From Podarcis liolepis (taxonomy: Eukaryota), in the NCBI GenBank assembly GCA_965112155.1, contig OZ218102.1: 64,000 nt of DNA. One strand, written 5' to 3'. Below the pieces are notes generated by a model. The model did not search any database, was not told where the DNA came from, and was given only the letters and a program-made list of their open reading frames with translations. Shown one piece after another: positions 24,028 to 36,295 of this stretch (position 1 is the first letter of the stretch; each line of letters begins with the position of its first letter). The position numbers and the translations under genes are program-made.

Positions 24028-24339
24028 CCATTTGCACTCTGTTCATATATGAACCAGGTTTTGTGTGTGTCTGTGTGTGGGGGAGTCATCTACTTTTTTT
24101 TTTTTTAAATGACCACAAAAAATGGCTAGCTCAGGTGAAGGGACCTTACCCTCTGCTTTTTACTTTCCTCTGCTTCTATCATTGTGAGCCCTTTTCCTTG
24201 AGTGGTTTCAGATTTTGGTAGTATTAGACTCCCTACGATCACCCATCATTTTATATGTGAATGGGGCAGGCATATTTTATGTAGTTATTGGTACAATTAT
24301 TTGTCACGTTTCCTCCATAGAGCTCAATGTGACCTACAT

Positions 24340-24921
24340 GGTTCTCCTCATGCCCTCACAACAATCTTGAGAGGTATGTTGGGCTGAGAGACAAGGACTG
24401 GGCCCAAGGTGGCTGTTGTTGCTTAGTCATTTAGTCGTGTCCGTTTAGTTCGTGACCCCATGGACCAGAGCACGCCAGGCACTCCTGTGTGCTCCTCCAC
24501 TGCCTCCTGCAGTTTGGTCAAACTCATGCTGGTAGCTTTGAGAACACTGTCCAACCATCTCGTCCTCTGTTGTCCCCTTCTCCTTGTGCCCTCCATCTTT
24601 CCCAACATCAGGGTCTTTTCCAGGGAGTCTTCTCTTCTCATGAGGTGGCCAAAGTATTGGAGCCTCAGCTTCAGGATCTGTCCTTCCAGTGAGCACTCAG
24701 GGCTGATTTCCTTAAGAATGGATATGTTTGATCTTCTTGCAGTCCCTGGGACTCTCAAGAGTGTCCTCCAGACCATAATTCAAAAGTATAAATTCTTCGG
24801 CGATCAGCCTTCTTTATGGTCCTGCTCTCGGCCCAAGGTTATCCTGTGAGTTTCATGGCTGAGTGGAGATTTGAACCAGGGTCTCCCACGCCCTAAGTCC
24901 TGTACTCTAACCTCTACCCCA
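24340..24921 (-). mobile_element. MIR/CORE-like tRNA SINE interrupted by BovB
   Basis: Halves 24340-24410 and 24830-24921 rejoin to a reverse-complement relative of the SINE at 60244. Confidence 0.7.
24411..24829 (-). mobile_element. RTE-BovB LINE, 5'-truncated 3' fragment
   Basis: ORF ...SILKEISPECSLEGQILKLRLQYFGHLMRREDSLEKTLMLGKMEGTRRRGQQRTRWLDSV is the BovB ORF C-terminus; (CAA)n tail; TSD GGCCCAAGGT at 24401-24410 and 24830-24839. Confidence 0.95.
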
Positions 24922-26224
24922 CAGTGCATAAGCAAACATGGGTACAGCTGTCATGGTAGGTTTGGCCCCCTTTTTTTGCAAAAGAAAATCAGAACTACAT
25001 TCCAATCTTATGCAGGCTTACTTAGAAACAAGTCCCACTGAGTTCAGTGAGACTGATGCCCAAATAAGTGCCCATAGGCAGTCGTAATATTGCACGAATT
25101 TATGCATTTGTTGCCTTTTGCAAGTGGTGATAATGATTATAATAATAAAACTATGTAATTACACTAGATAGAAGACCTGAGAGAGGAAAAACTGCTGGGG
25201 AAGATGGTTTAATCCAACCCAAACCTGATGCAAAATATAGAGCACACAGCAACTAATTGAGGACATGCATTTTTCTTCCACTCCTTTGCGGGGGAAACTG
25301 CACATAAGCTTAAAGAGGTCTCTTTAGAGCAAATGTAGACTCTTAAATTTCCTTTAGGGAGGACATTCTCTCCCCACGAGGGAGTGCAGTGCTCTCCACT
25401 ATCACTTGGTGGCTGGATTTAAATCAAGGTAGGTTCAAGGCTACCTACACTCCGTGATGTCATGTTTCCCCCATTAAGTCCCCTTTTATGCTCTCTGATT
25501 TACAATCAGAAGAGGTACAACAATAAACGCTTACTTGGGTTCAGGGTCAGACTATGGCTGCCTTTGTGGAGAAAGCAGACTTGCAAATAATATTAGCTCA
25601 ATAGCCTTTTAACCCATGCAGTTCTGAAATGAGATGGGAGAGGTGTTTTCTGTTTTTGTTTCTTTTTCTTTTGCTATTTCCGTGGCTTGGTAGCACAGCT
25701 TTGAGAAACAGAAACGGCAAGATAAGCTTAAAATAGAAGTTACTGCCAAATCCATCCTGTCAAGCCACCTGGCATGACTGTAGAGAGGAGCACAATGGCA
25801 AACGCTCCAGTGGTAGTTAAATTTGAACATTGGGTGTGTTTTTTTTAAATTGCTCTAAAAATATTCACTGACCACATAGACAGACATCTGGCTGTCAGGA
25901 GCCATGTCAGTACTGCTGCTCTTTATAACTGATATCTGGAATGGAGAATCTATTATTATTTTAATCAATCAATCAATTAATTAATTAATTAACTAACTAA
26001 CTGTATTTATAGTCCACCTTTCTCCCAAACTGGGATTCAAGGCAACTTACAGCATTTAAAAACATCCTTATAAACTATGATGTAATAAAAACTAGGTAAG
26101 AATGATAGTTAAAATACATTACTGTAAAACATATTTAAAGCCAGCATTAATGTACAGTTTGCCCTGACAGCAGCCCAGTGTTGACTATTATCTGCACCTT
26201 AGTTTTCAGAGGATAAAAAGAGGG

Positions 26225-26425
26225 AGGCAGCCTAACCTCTCTCGGTAGGGAATTCAGCAATATGGAAGGAGCCACGGAAAAGTTTCTTCCTCTCTCGTGT
26301 CACCAGCAACTGTGCCTCTGTTGTCGATGAGCCCAAGAGAAGGTGTTCACCCAAGGATCTTAACACCCAGGCAGGTTTGCATAGGGAAATACTGTCTTTC
26401 AGGTAACCTGGGCCCAAGCCACACA
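26225..26425 (-). mobile_element. Old L2-clade fragment
   Basis: GLGPGYLKDSISLCKPAWVLRS in ORF 26232-26426. Confidence 0.65.
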
Positions 26426-29400
26426 TGACTACAAACTGTGGCCTTCAGGTGAGCCAGCATGTATAGTCTAGAACATCTGCTGGACTAGAGGTTCCCTATC
26501 CCTCCTTCATATAGTTGAATCTGATACTTACCTTCTTACCTTCCAGTAGCCCCACATATTTCTGAGTAGACATATGTATAGGATTACATTGTTAATTCAC
26601 ACCTGTTTCCTCGACATATTCCGAGGTTATTCCCAGTTGATAGTAGGAGTGGGACTGTGATTGTGATTTCACCCAGCCATGCTGTAAATCAATGGGTGAA
26701 GTTGGTTAGAGCTTGGTGCAAGTTGAATTTGATGGTTCTCAGGCTCCCTTTCAACTCTACAATTCCTGGCATATCTAGGTTGGTCTGGGAGATATCCTTA
26801 TTGGAAAGCAGTTGCCAGTTAGTGTGGACAATACTAAGGTAGATGGACCAATGGTCTGACACATTATAAGGCAGTTTTCTACAGTCCTGTGAGCTTCTCT
26901 ATACACCTGAAGCCTTTATGATTCTAATATTTATAAAATCTGATTAAGTTATATGTAACTGGGGACATACTGTCTCCTGCTGCTAAGAACCGTCCCTTTT
27001 CACAATGTTTATGATAACCCAGATCTGTTTGCAGGGAAAGGCTAGTGACTAGTGGAATGGGAACTCTGTCAGGCCTCACATTACTGGAGCATCACTTGAG
27101 AAAATATTCTTAGTACAAAAGGGAAACTAAACAGAACGAATCAAATGAAACCTTCGCCAGCCCTCCATGGCGAAGTGTACCGAGGCTAAAAATGAAATTA
27201 GCAAAAGCGAAACCCAACCACTTCAAGCAAATTTGCAAAAGTAGAACTGAAAGCTCCACTTGCAAGACCACACAAACTGACAAAAAGCCCAACTGACCCC
27301 CTGACAGAAGGGGAAATCCGTTGGAGTTTGATGTTGAGCAAGTCTTAAGAATTGGCACTGAAGTGCTTGATTGAGAAAATGCATCTTGCTCCTTGTTCTG
27401 GGTTTTCTGGAGAGGGCAAAATGAAAATTGTGTCTGACTTGGAGCCTGGCGCATTCTGTGAAGACGTGAACCAACACAAAGTTAGAGCCAGGAGACTATT
27501 GTGTCTTCTTTGGCCACTAAGGAAACTGAGGAACTGCTTGTTGTTTAAGCTGCACGATAACATTCTTGCTCCTTTGCATCAGTCCCTGCTGACCATACAT
27601 TTCCCCTGTTTCCTGCACTCAGTCCTGGCATCTTACTATGGAGGGAGGCTACCTGTCCCATCCTGTCTGATTCAAGTAGTTCCAGTCATTTCAACCTGAG
27701 CAGCCAGAGTTCTTCCATATTCCATCTGTCCCAGTGAATATGGCAGCTCTGTGAACATATACCTTGGTTTCATGGATCTGCTTCTTCCATTCAGTATCTT
27801 TGGATGGAAGGGAGCTGAAGAAATTGCATTTGGAAGGAAGGAAGCACAAGATAAATGGGAATTTAGTTTTATATTTCCCACTGCTTGCACAGTTTCTGTG
27901 GATATCTCTGAAGTGTCTTGCATTTAGGAATAAATGGGAATAAATCATGCGCATCAAGATGAACATCCATTCCTGCACGTTGGGTGTAACTTTCAGTGAG
28001 ATGCACATCCAAATGCAGATTCAAGCCTTTGCTTTCAGTGGAATGCAGACCTGGGTGTTCATCCCCATTCTTAACCCCTCGTGCATCCAATCACCAATAA
28101 ATTTCCCCCCACACCCAAGAAACAGACCAAAAGCTGGTTTGGGAGAATCATCTATCTACTCCAGCAAAACTACAATACCTACAATACCCCAGAGTGGCTG
28201 GGGAAGCTCAGCCAGATGGTGGGATATAAATAATAAATTATTATTATATTACTTTAGAAATTCCAGATTACCATGGTATACCTAGTCTAGGCCAGTTGTA
28301 TTCCCTATTCAGTTGGCCTCTGTTCAGTTTGAGAGAGAGGCTATTTCTCCCCCTGCCCTCTCCACATTTCCTCTTCTATCTTCATTTTATCTTCTGTGTG
28401 GAGATTTCCTCATAGTTACAAGTTTGGAAAACGATCCTAGATCTGTTGCAGGTTTTTTTTTATTATTTTATATTGCACTTAATGTCCTGTCCTTTTAGTA
28501 GCTTTTTAATGCTGAATTGCAGGTTCAGCGAGAAATTAGGCTTGTAAAGATGTTTGCCTGAAAGTGCAGTGATTGATATTTACAAGGATTGCAGTGCTGG
28601 GTAGCTGCACAAGCTTTTCAAAATAAGCTACATTTTAACAGGAAAACATAGGTTATGAGGTTTTACTGAATTTAATAGTAACACTTAAGTTGACTTTAAG
28701 TAAGCAAACTTCTTGCTGAATTAAGTTTTTATTTTTTTAAAAAAAAGATCACCAACTCTGACAAACCATACCAAAACCTGCAGCAACAGAACTAAAAAAA
28801 TAAGTAAATAAATAAAACATGCAAGTACACCAGAGAGAGAGGAATCCAGAAAAGAAGCAATGCGACTGTTAGATGTAAAGGGAAAAAAAGAAACACTGCG
28901 AATAAAGCGAATGAATTTTACCCCGTAGTAGTGTATCGATATTCTCCACTTTCAAGAGACAGCCCCTCTGCTTCCCATACTGAGCTCACATGAGACTTTG
29001 GGAAGAACATTTGACAGTAACCACAAAGTGTGATTTCACTTCTGTTTGAATGATTTGCAGCAGCCTCCACTGCAAAAGGTGTTAGAAGGAATATTCACAC
29101 TTGGAGCAGTTTTTATTTTTATTTTTATGGCAGCATTTCTCAAGGATGGAGAAATGAAAGAGGGAGGGGAGGGGGAAATACAAAGAAAGTCCAAAAGTGG
29201 GAGGCGAAATGAATGTAAAAAAAAAAAAAAATTACCTTTGTACGCTGGGCTAGTTTGTACACACAGAGAGACATCCTTCTCTATCTTCCATCCAGAGAAG
29301 CAAGATGCAATATCAGAGTTCAGGGAAACATTCCAGACAGGCAAAAACGTTTTTTTTGGTGGGGGAGAACGAGGGTCACTGGGATGCGTATGGCCTGGAG

Positions 29401-32094
29401 AGAGACATGAGAGTCTGGTAGAGAAAGATCTGGTGGCTGCAGTAGGCTCCTGAGCCTCAGACCCCTAAACCCCAGGTTGAGCTTTTCCAGTGACCTGTAT
29501 CTTGTATAAATCTGTTTGTAAGAGCAACTGCTGACAGCTATATAGGTCTTTCTCCAGCTGCGGAAACATAGAGTAACAGTGTGGCTGCTGCAAGAGATTT
29601 CTCTCTTCTCTCTCACACACACCAGTTTTCTTCCATGACTAGTCAGTAGAGGCACAGCTTGACTAGACATTCCTGCGACGCTCATTCTGAAAGCTGTTCA
29701 GTGCACCCCACTAAAGGTGGAATAGTTTTGTAATGAATACAGCAAAGCCTCATCACTGCTTATCAAGCCTGTTGCAGGTTGTTGTTGTTGTATAGAATCT
29801 GTCATGCCCACATATCATATATCCCACCTGATTCACCTTACTGGAGCGGAAGCATTTGGATCTGAGTTGACCCCCCGCCCGATGATCGATTAGATTCCTT
29901 CCCTCTCCATCACCACCACCAAATACTTCCAGCTAAAATTCACTCTCCAAGGAAGTTTCCTCCTTCAGATTGTCAGCTCTTCGCCTCAGAAGGCTCTGTT
30001 TTATTCTTATTTATCCGTGGGGCTGCCATTCTTGTTTTGACTGGCAGCGCTGATAATCTACAGGGGTTCTGTTTTTTATTTCATTTTGCTAGGAATTTAA
30101 AGGTGCAGCCTTTTAGAGAAGGGTACCGGCGTAAATCCGCTTGCAGAGTCTCAAAAGGCGGGCTAAGAATGGGGAGGTTCGAGACAAAAGAAGGCAATAT
30201 GCTTTAACCTGCTTCCCAAGTGCAAATAAATGATGGAAACAATCGTGACAGCTGCTTCTCTCTGGGACTGCAGCAGTCGCCGGGGAACCAACAATACCTA
30301 AGGGTTATGAAACAGATGACAGATGTGCCCATTAAGAAGCACATGGGCCTAGTTCCTGTCATGTCCTCTAGCTGTTTCCCCTAATATGTATTATCTCAAT
30401 CTTGTTCAGCTAACTAGACTTTATCTGTGGCCTATTATCCATCTGACACCAGTTAAGATGCAGGGTGGGAAAGATGCTTGACGTGACCTGGCTGAAAATC
30501 ATTATGCTCCTGCTTTGCGGTACTTTCGTTGAACGTGTAGTGATGATAGTTAATAAACATGTTTGTTTATTGTATTTATTGGCATTTGTATCACGCCCAA
30601 TTAACCAGGTTCTCTGGGCGGTTCACATATTCTTTTGAAAAACCAATATGATTCAAATGCAATCAAAATTGTTGTTTTTATTTGTACATTAGAGCATTTG
30701 TAAATGTTCGAAACACCTTGTGTGTATTGCCTTATTGCCGTTCTTACAATAGCTCTTTAAGGTGAGAGAAATGTATATAAGTAGACATGTTGAGGATTGT
30801 TCTCTAAAGGCCACATAGAGAATTCATGACAGAGATGAGTTTCTGAGAAGTGAGAATTCCCCTGTTTGCTCTTAGCTGCTCCATTAGACCACACATGTAC
30901 TTTTTATAATAGAAATTCTTCTTTCCCCTGAAATGTATTCAAAGCAGCTTTGAATTAGTATATATCCATTTACTTAAATCGGTATCAAACACCAATGCAA
31001 CAACAGATAAAATAGCAAACAGTTAAATGTAACTACCAGCAGCAAAATTAACTGAAGTCCAGCATGTCAATGAAACAGAAGCTTGGGAAAATAGTCTCAT
31101 TTTTCTTTTTTTACCTAGACTGAGGCAATAGAAATGTTCTTCGTAATTGCATTATTTTACTAATGCGTTCACTGTATTTATTTTGTAGATTTATATCCCA
31201 CTTTTCAACCAGAGCTCCCCAAAGTGCATAAAAATACTTACAAAACAGAAAAGTTAAACCTTGCTTGCACACCCAAATATTGAAAAGTTAGTAAAAAGTG
31301 TTCTCTAAGGACAGAAGTTGACTGTTGAAGTGGTAGAATATCAAAACACCATGAGGTACATTTTGTTGTTGTTGTGGGGGCAGGCCTGCCTCATAAATGC
31401 TTCAAGCATCATCTAAGTGGGGCAGACTTTATTTGTACCAGGGTGAAATTTCCCCCTTGAGAAAGAGAGAAACTGATTTCCATAATGAAAAGTTTCCTTT
31501 TCTGAGCGAGAACAGGAAGCCTCATAAACCTTACAAGGAAGCCTGGTCCTTGTGATTTCCAGATCTATCCCCTGGTGATAAATGTCGGATAAACATCCTC
31601 AGAGTTGTATGCTTATCTGAGTCCAGCAAAAAGCTGTTTCCCCCACCCCCCAAATTGCCTGTTGTTCTACACCATATCTGTTAGAGCCTGAATTCAAATT
31701 TCCTATGTCCAGGGGTATTTTTAAATTTTAAAACAGGGATTTTCTTAACTTTAACTTACATTTTGCACATTAATATGAATTACATACATTGCAATTACAC
31801 ACATGCTTTGGTTTTTGCCTAGTTTGCAGAACAGCCTTCATCTTGGATGTATAGGGTAGAACTGGACGAAATCTGAGAACTCCTAGAGCAGATTTTTTTC
31901 AAAAAAATGTGGTGGGGCAGGAATGGGAGGGGAAGTTTTGGACAGTATCCGATGCACTTGTTCAATGAGTGAAAGGATTTATGCTTAGTGCAACAGAATT
32001 CCTTTCTGCCCCCTTCCTGCTCTGGAGGGTTTGGTGAAGCCCCAGGGCAGATTCAGGGGGTGCACAGTGGGGACAGAGGGAGACAGTTCCATTA

Positions 32095-32448
32095 AGGTAC
32101 CCCTGCCCATATGGGCCAGTCGTGTCCGACTCTAGGGTTGTGCGCCCATCTCACTTAAGAGGCCGGGAGCAAGCGCTGTCCGGAGACACTTCCAGGTCAC
32201 GTGGCCAGTGTGACGAAGCTGCTCTGGTGAGCCAGCACCAGCGCAGCACACGGAAACGTGGTTTACCTTCCCGCTATAAAGCGGTACCTATTTATCTACT
32301 TGCACTTAAGAGTGCTTTCGAACTGCTAGGTGGGCAGGAGCTGGGACCGAACGACGGGAGCTCACCCCGCCACGGGGATTCGAACCGCCGACCTTGCGAT
32401 TGGCAAGTCCTGGCACTGAGGTTTTACCCACAGCGCCACCCGTGTCCC
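32095..32448 (-). mobile_element. Sauria SINE, full length
   Basis: Intact head and body; TSD TCCATTA at 32088-32094 and 32450-32456. Confidence 0.93.
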
Positions 32449-33610
32449 GTCCATTACACAACTCTAAATCCTTGGGCTAATGGAATGAGTTACCTGGCAC
32501 CACATGGTTGCGCAAATGAGTGCAGGGACTTCACCGGATCTACAGATACACCAAAATGCTCCAGAAATAAATAACTGAAAGCGTTATGGCTTTTGTACTT
32601 TATTTTCTCCACCCTTCATCAAGTTTCAGTCAATTGTTCACCAGGGAGAGATGGTGGAAGGTGGAAGGTGGAAGGTTTTCTACCCTTTCCGCTCTATAGG
32701 AGACGGATGGCTCCAGCCCCAAATGTGTTGTACACACATTGTTTCACATGGTAGTCTTGCCCAATGAACATTTGATCTGTCCTGCCTGCTGTGACACCCC
32801 TGATGACATATAGAGAAGTCTGAACCTGCTTCTTTCCCTCTACTAATAGGCGCTGGACATAATCAATAAAAGTAGTAATCAACGGTATATATCATAGCGG
32901 GATAGAAATCAGCAGAAATTTACCTTGATAGCTTAATGGAAGTTTTAGATCTGCCTGGGTTATGCCCTCTACCAATGAGCTATTCTCTCTGTATGCACAT
33001 ATTTCCACATTAGGCCTTTGTTCACCAGCCTCCAAAATGAACAAACCACTTCTGTAATAACAAGTTTGATATGCAAGCTCATTAAAGAAAGTATTTTTTA
33101 GTGTAGGTGTCACACCAAGCCAACAGAGGCGTAAGATGTTCAGAATCAGCTGTTAACAACATCCTGACATTCTGCTCCCAAGTAGAATAGAGATACTTTT
33201 GTATTATTATTTTCAAATACCGGTAGGTGCTTTTGGCATGGTGGCTGCAGTATAAAGGAAAGATCCAGAAGTTACAGTGAAAAAGAAATAGTTCCTGGAG
33301 CTGGTGTGCTCCAACTCATAAAGTACCTGGTGCATAATGCTATGCGATTCCTCCTGAAATTATTTTGCATGTGTGGCAGAAAGCCAGTGATGTTGGTTGA
33401 ATGCAGACGACATTGTCTTTCCTTCTCTCTGAGGCATTCAGAGCAGAATGGAGGTCAATGACACAGTAGCTTGCAAATCGCATTGCAGAGGCAGGCACAG
33501 ACAGAACTAAATAGATGGCTGCATTTATTTTCATTAGCTTTGTTGTGTTGTACAGGGCCTTAATTGGTTTAGAATTTGTACTGTGTTGCTGAACATGAAA
33601 ACTGCAATTC

Positions 33611-33633
33611 TGTGTGTGTGTGTGTGTGTGTGT
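33611..33633. repeat. (TG)n microsatellite
   Basis: Directly visible. Confidence 0.95.
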
Positions 33634-35257
33634 CTACACACACAGAAACACACAAATCTATATACTTGACATGGTATAGCTTTAGTATCCTGGTAGTTTT
33701 GTTTTGAATATCGTTGATAAATCAGGGTAGCAGTTCAATTGTATCTTGTCTGCCCCCCTCCTTCCGTGCGTTAACCTCATGAACCTGCTAATCTTTTTCA
33801 CATGTTCTGTGAAATGGAAAAGTGTTGCTGCAGACATCTGTTAGAAATTTATTCTGAAAAGCATTCCCCTACATATTTTCCTACATTTGGTGTTATGCAT
33901 GGCTTCTAAGATATATCGTTTATCTTCTATCCTCAATTTTCTTCTGTCTTTTTTGGTAGAAAAATTGAAGGGTAGTGGTGGCATTTTTATAATATTTTTA
34001 CAATTTCAGCACTACTCCCCCCCGCATCCAACAATACCTTGGAATTCAGCATGTAAATCTTTTCGTTTTGTGTTTGTGTGGTCAGTAATTCTTCTCTTTG
34101 TATTATTTTGATACAATCCGAATCCTTTGTTTGTTTCCCAACACAGAAACAGCTGATTTCTGCAGCTGTTTCCATTAACGAAAAGCCTGCAGCAGTTCCT
34201 TTCCTTGCAATAAAAAATGCAATTAAATACACACCACATTAAGTAACATCAGAATGTGGCCTTTGTGGTTCTGGAAAGTCAAGGATCAACTTCCTTTGAG
34301 GGTCTCAGACTTGTCTGTATCCATGCCTGCCCGGGACTGAACAGCAGTTTTGTTATTCCATGGTGTGGAGTTGCCTCGTTCTAATTTTCAAGTGACAATT
34401 ATGTAATCTCTGATAAGTAATAAGCTACAAGATAACGATGATACTGATGATGATACTGAGAGCTATATACATGTAATGTGGGAGATCCGTGATTTCCTGA
34501 TGTTTTAAGTTTTGTTTAATAGCAACTGGTTTGTGCATGACACTAAATGGGATTGAAGCAATGGTGCTAGGAAAAGAGGAATTTAACCCTCTGCCTTTGC
34601 CTTTTCCTAAATCTGAATCATTCAAACACTTCTCAAGTAATCCCCAACCCCACTGGGGCAAATAGTAGATTTGCGGGAGGTGATGTAGATACATGTGAGG
34701 GGAGGAGGAAGGCTTAATTCTCACCTCCCTGCCGTTTTAGCATTGTTACCCTGATCCAATTTGAAGCTGCCCATGTCTTCTATAACTCAAACATACAGTG
34801 CAGCCCATTACATATCTGCTTAGAAGTAGGTTCAATGAGCCTTTCTTCAAGTTAAGCGGGAATAGGATTGCAACCTATAAATACCAGGAGCTCTATGAAT
34901 CTCCCGTACCATTTTGACTTTGCTCATTGCTCAAAACACTTTGCTCATTTTCTTATAGAGTGATCCTGTGTCTCCCATCACATAAGCAAGTATTATGTCA
35001 GAGCTAGTGTAACATAACACATTGCTACCTCTTCAGCAAATGCAAAATAAAGAACGATAGCAATAGAAGCAAAAGCTTACGTAGCAACACTGACAGAATC
35101 CTTTCAGTGCCCATGACAGTACCCTTGTAGCTCTATCAAAAGAAAAGAAGAAGAAGAAAAGAAATCAATTGCAATGTCACTCACGGACAAAATCCACATA
35201 TTCCCCATAAACAGAATGCAACAATCAACATGCAGTGACAGCAGGAATGCTGAGATA

Positions 35258-35350
35258 TAATAATAATAATAGTAGTAATAATAATAGTAATAATAATAAT
35301 AAATTATTATTTATACCCTGCCCATCTGGCTGGGTTTCCCCTGCCACTCT
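35258..35350 (-). mobile_element. L2 extreme 3' tail with (TAA)n
   Basis: TTTATACCCTGCCCATCTGGCTGGGTTTCCCC is the reverse of 13580-13620. Confidence 0.8.
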
Positions 35351-35785
35351 ACACAATGACACTACATAAACTATGCCGCATCTACTACGCAAATCACACA
35401 AGTGAGCATTGGGGCTGGGCAAGGAATCTGAATTAGCTCACATGTAAAGGCAAACCTACCAAATTTCAACTTTCTGAAACAATACTTCTCAATTTACCCG
35501 GCTGAAGTTATCCAAGGGTAGCCGGATCACATTGGCTTCTATTCATTGGTGATATTACCCATAACTTCCTAGACAGCTGGTTCACATGTAATGCCAAACT
35601 TTGCGCTGTTGTGCTCATATGTTCTAATTTCCTCCTTGAGACTAATCAAAGTTTGCAGTTTCACATGAACTGGCAAAGTATGGTTTATACTTGCCATGCA
35701 AACCATGTTTGGAAACTAGGATTGAGCCTGGCTTGAAGTCACATGTGAACTGACCTTCTGTTTCTGCTTTAATTTCAGTATCTAA

Positions 35786-35981
35786 CTGTGGAGGCAGGGC
35801 CATTAGAGCAAGTGGGGGCATTGCTCCATCAATCCCAGTCTGACCCCAGCCAGTCCCACCTGCCTGCCCTCGTACTTAAAACCAGTTAGGTTGCAGCTCT
35901 GCCTGTCTTTGGCTCTACCTACTGCTGGTGTTTCTGTGTACTTCTCAACCACCAGACCCAAAGAGTACCTTGCCACCATTG
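35786..35981. mobile_element. Degenerate hAT MITE
   Basis: Near-TSD GTATCTAA/GTATCTAG; weak TIRs CTGTGGAGGCAGGG/CCTTGCCACCATTG. Confidence 0.55.
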
Positions 35982-36250
35982 GTATCTAGAGTATGTCTCT
36001 TTATTAATCCTTGCCACTTAGTTTGAATGTTACATTTCATTTCATCAGCTCAGTTGGATGCTTCACAAAGGAAAGCTATTTTCCCCTCAATCTCACAGCG
36101 GCAAAATGTCTTACTGCAAAACTGTCAAAAAAAGACAGTTTCTTTTTACTGAATATTCACATATTTAGTTTATTGCATGCTGCTTTTCTGCCTCCATGTT
36201 GTATCTGATAAGTTAGGTTTCAATCATTTTTGTAACTGCAAAACTGGAAC

Positions 36251-36252
<2 letters not shown>

Positions 36253-36294
<42 letters not shown>
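36253..36294. repeat. (ATT)n microsatellite
   Basis: Directly visible. Confidence 0.95.

Positions 36295-36295
<1 letters not shown>

Noticed and set aside
24423-24849. Four overlapping ORFs
   Set aside because: All derive from the BovB fragment.
27110-29685. Several 100-135 aa ORFs in unique sequence
   Set aside because: Overlapping on both strands, low complexity, no recognisable domain or splice structure; consistent with chance.
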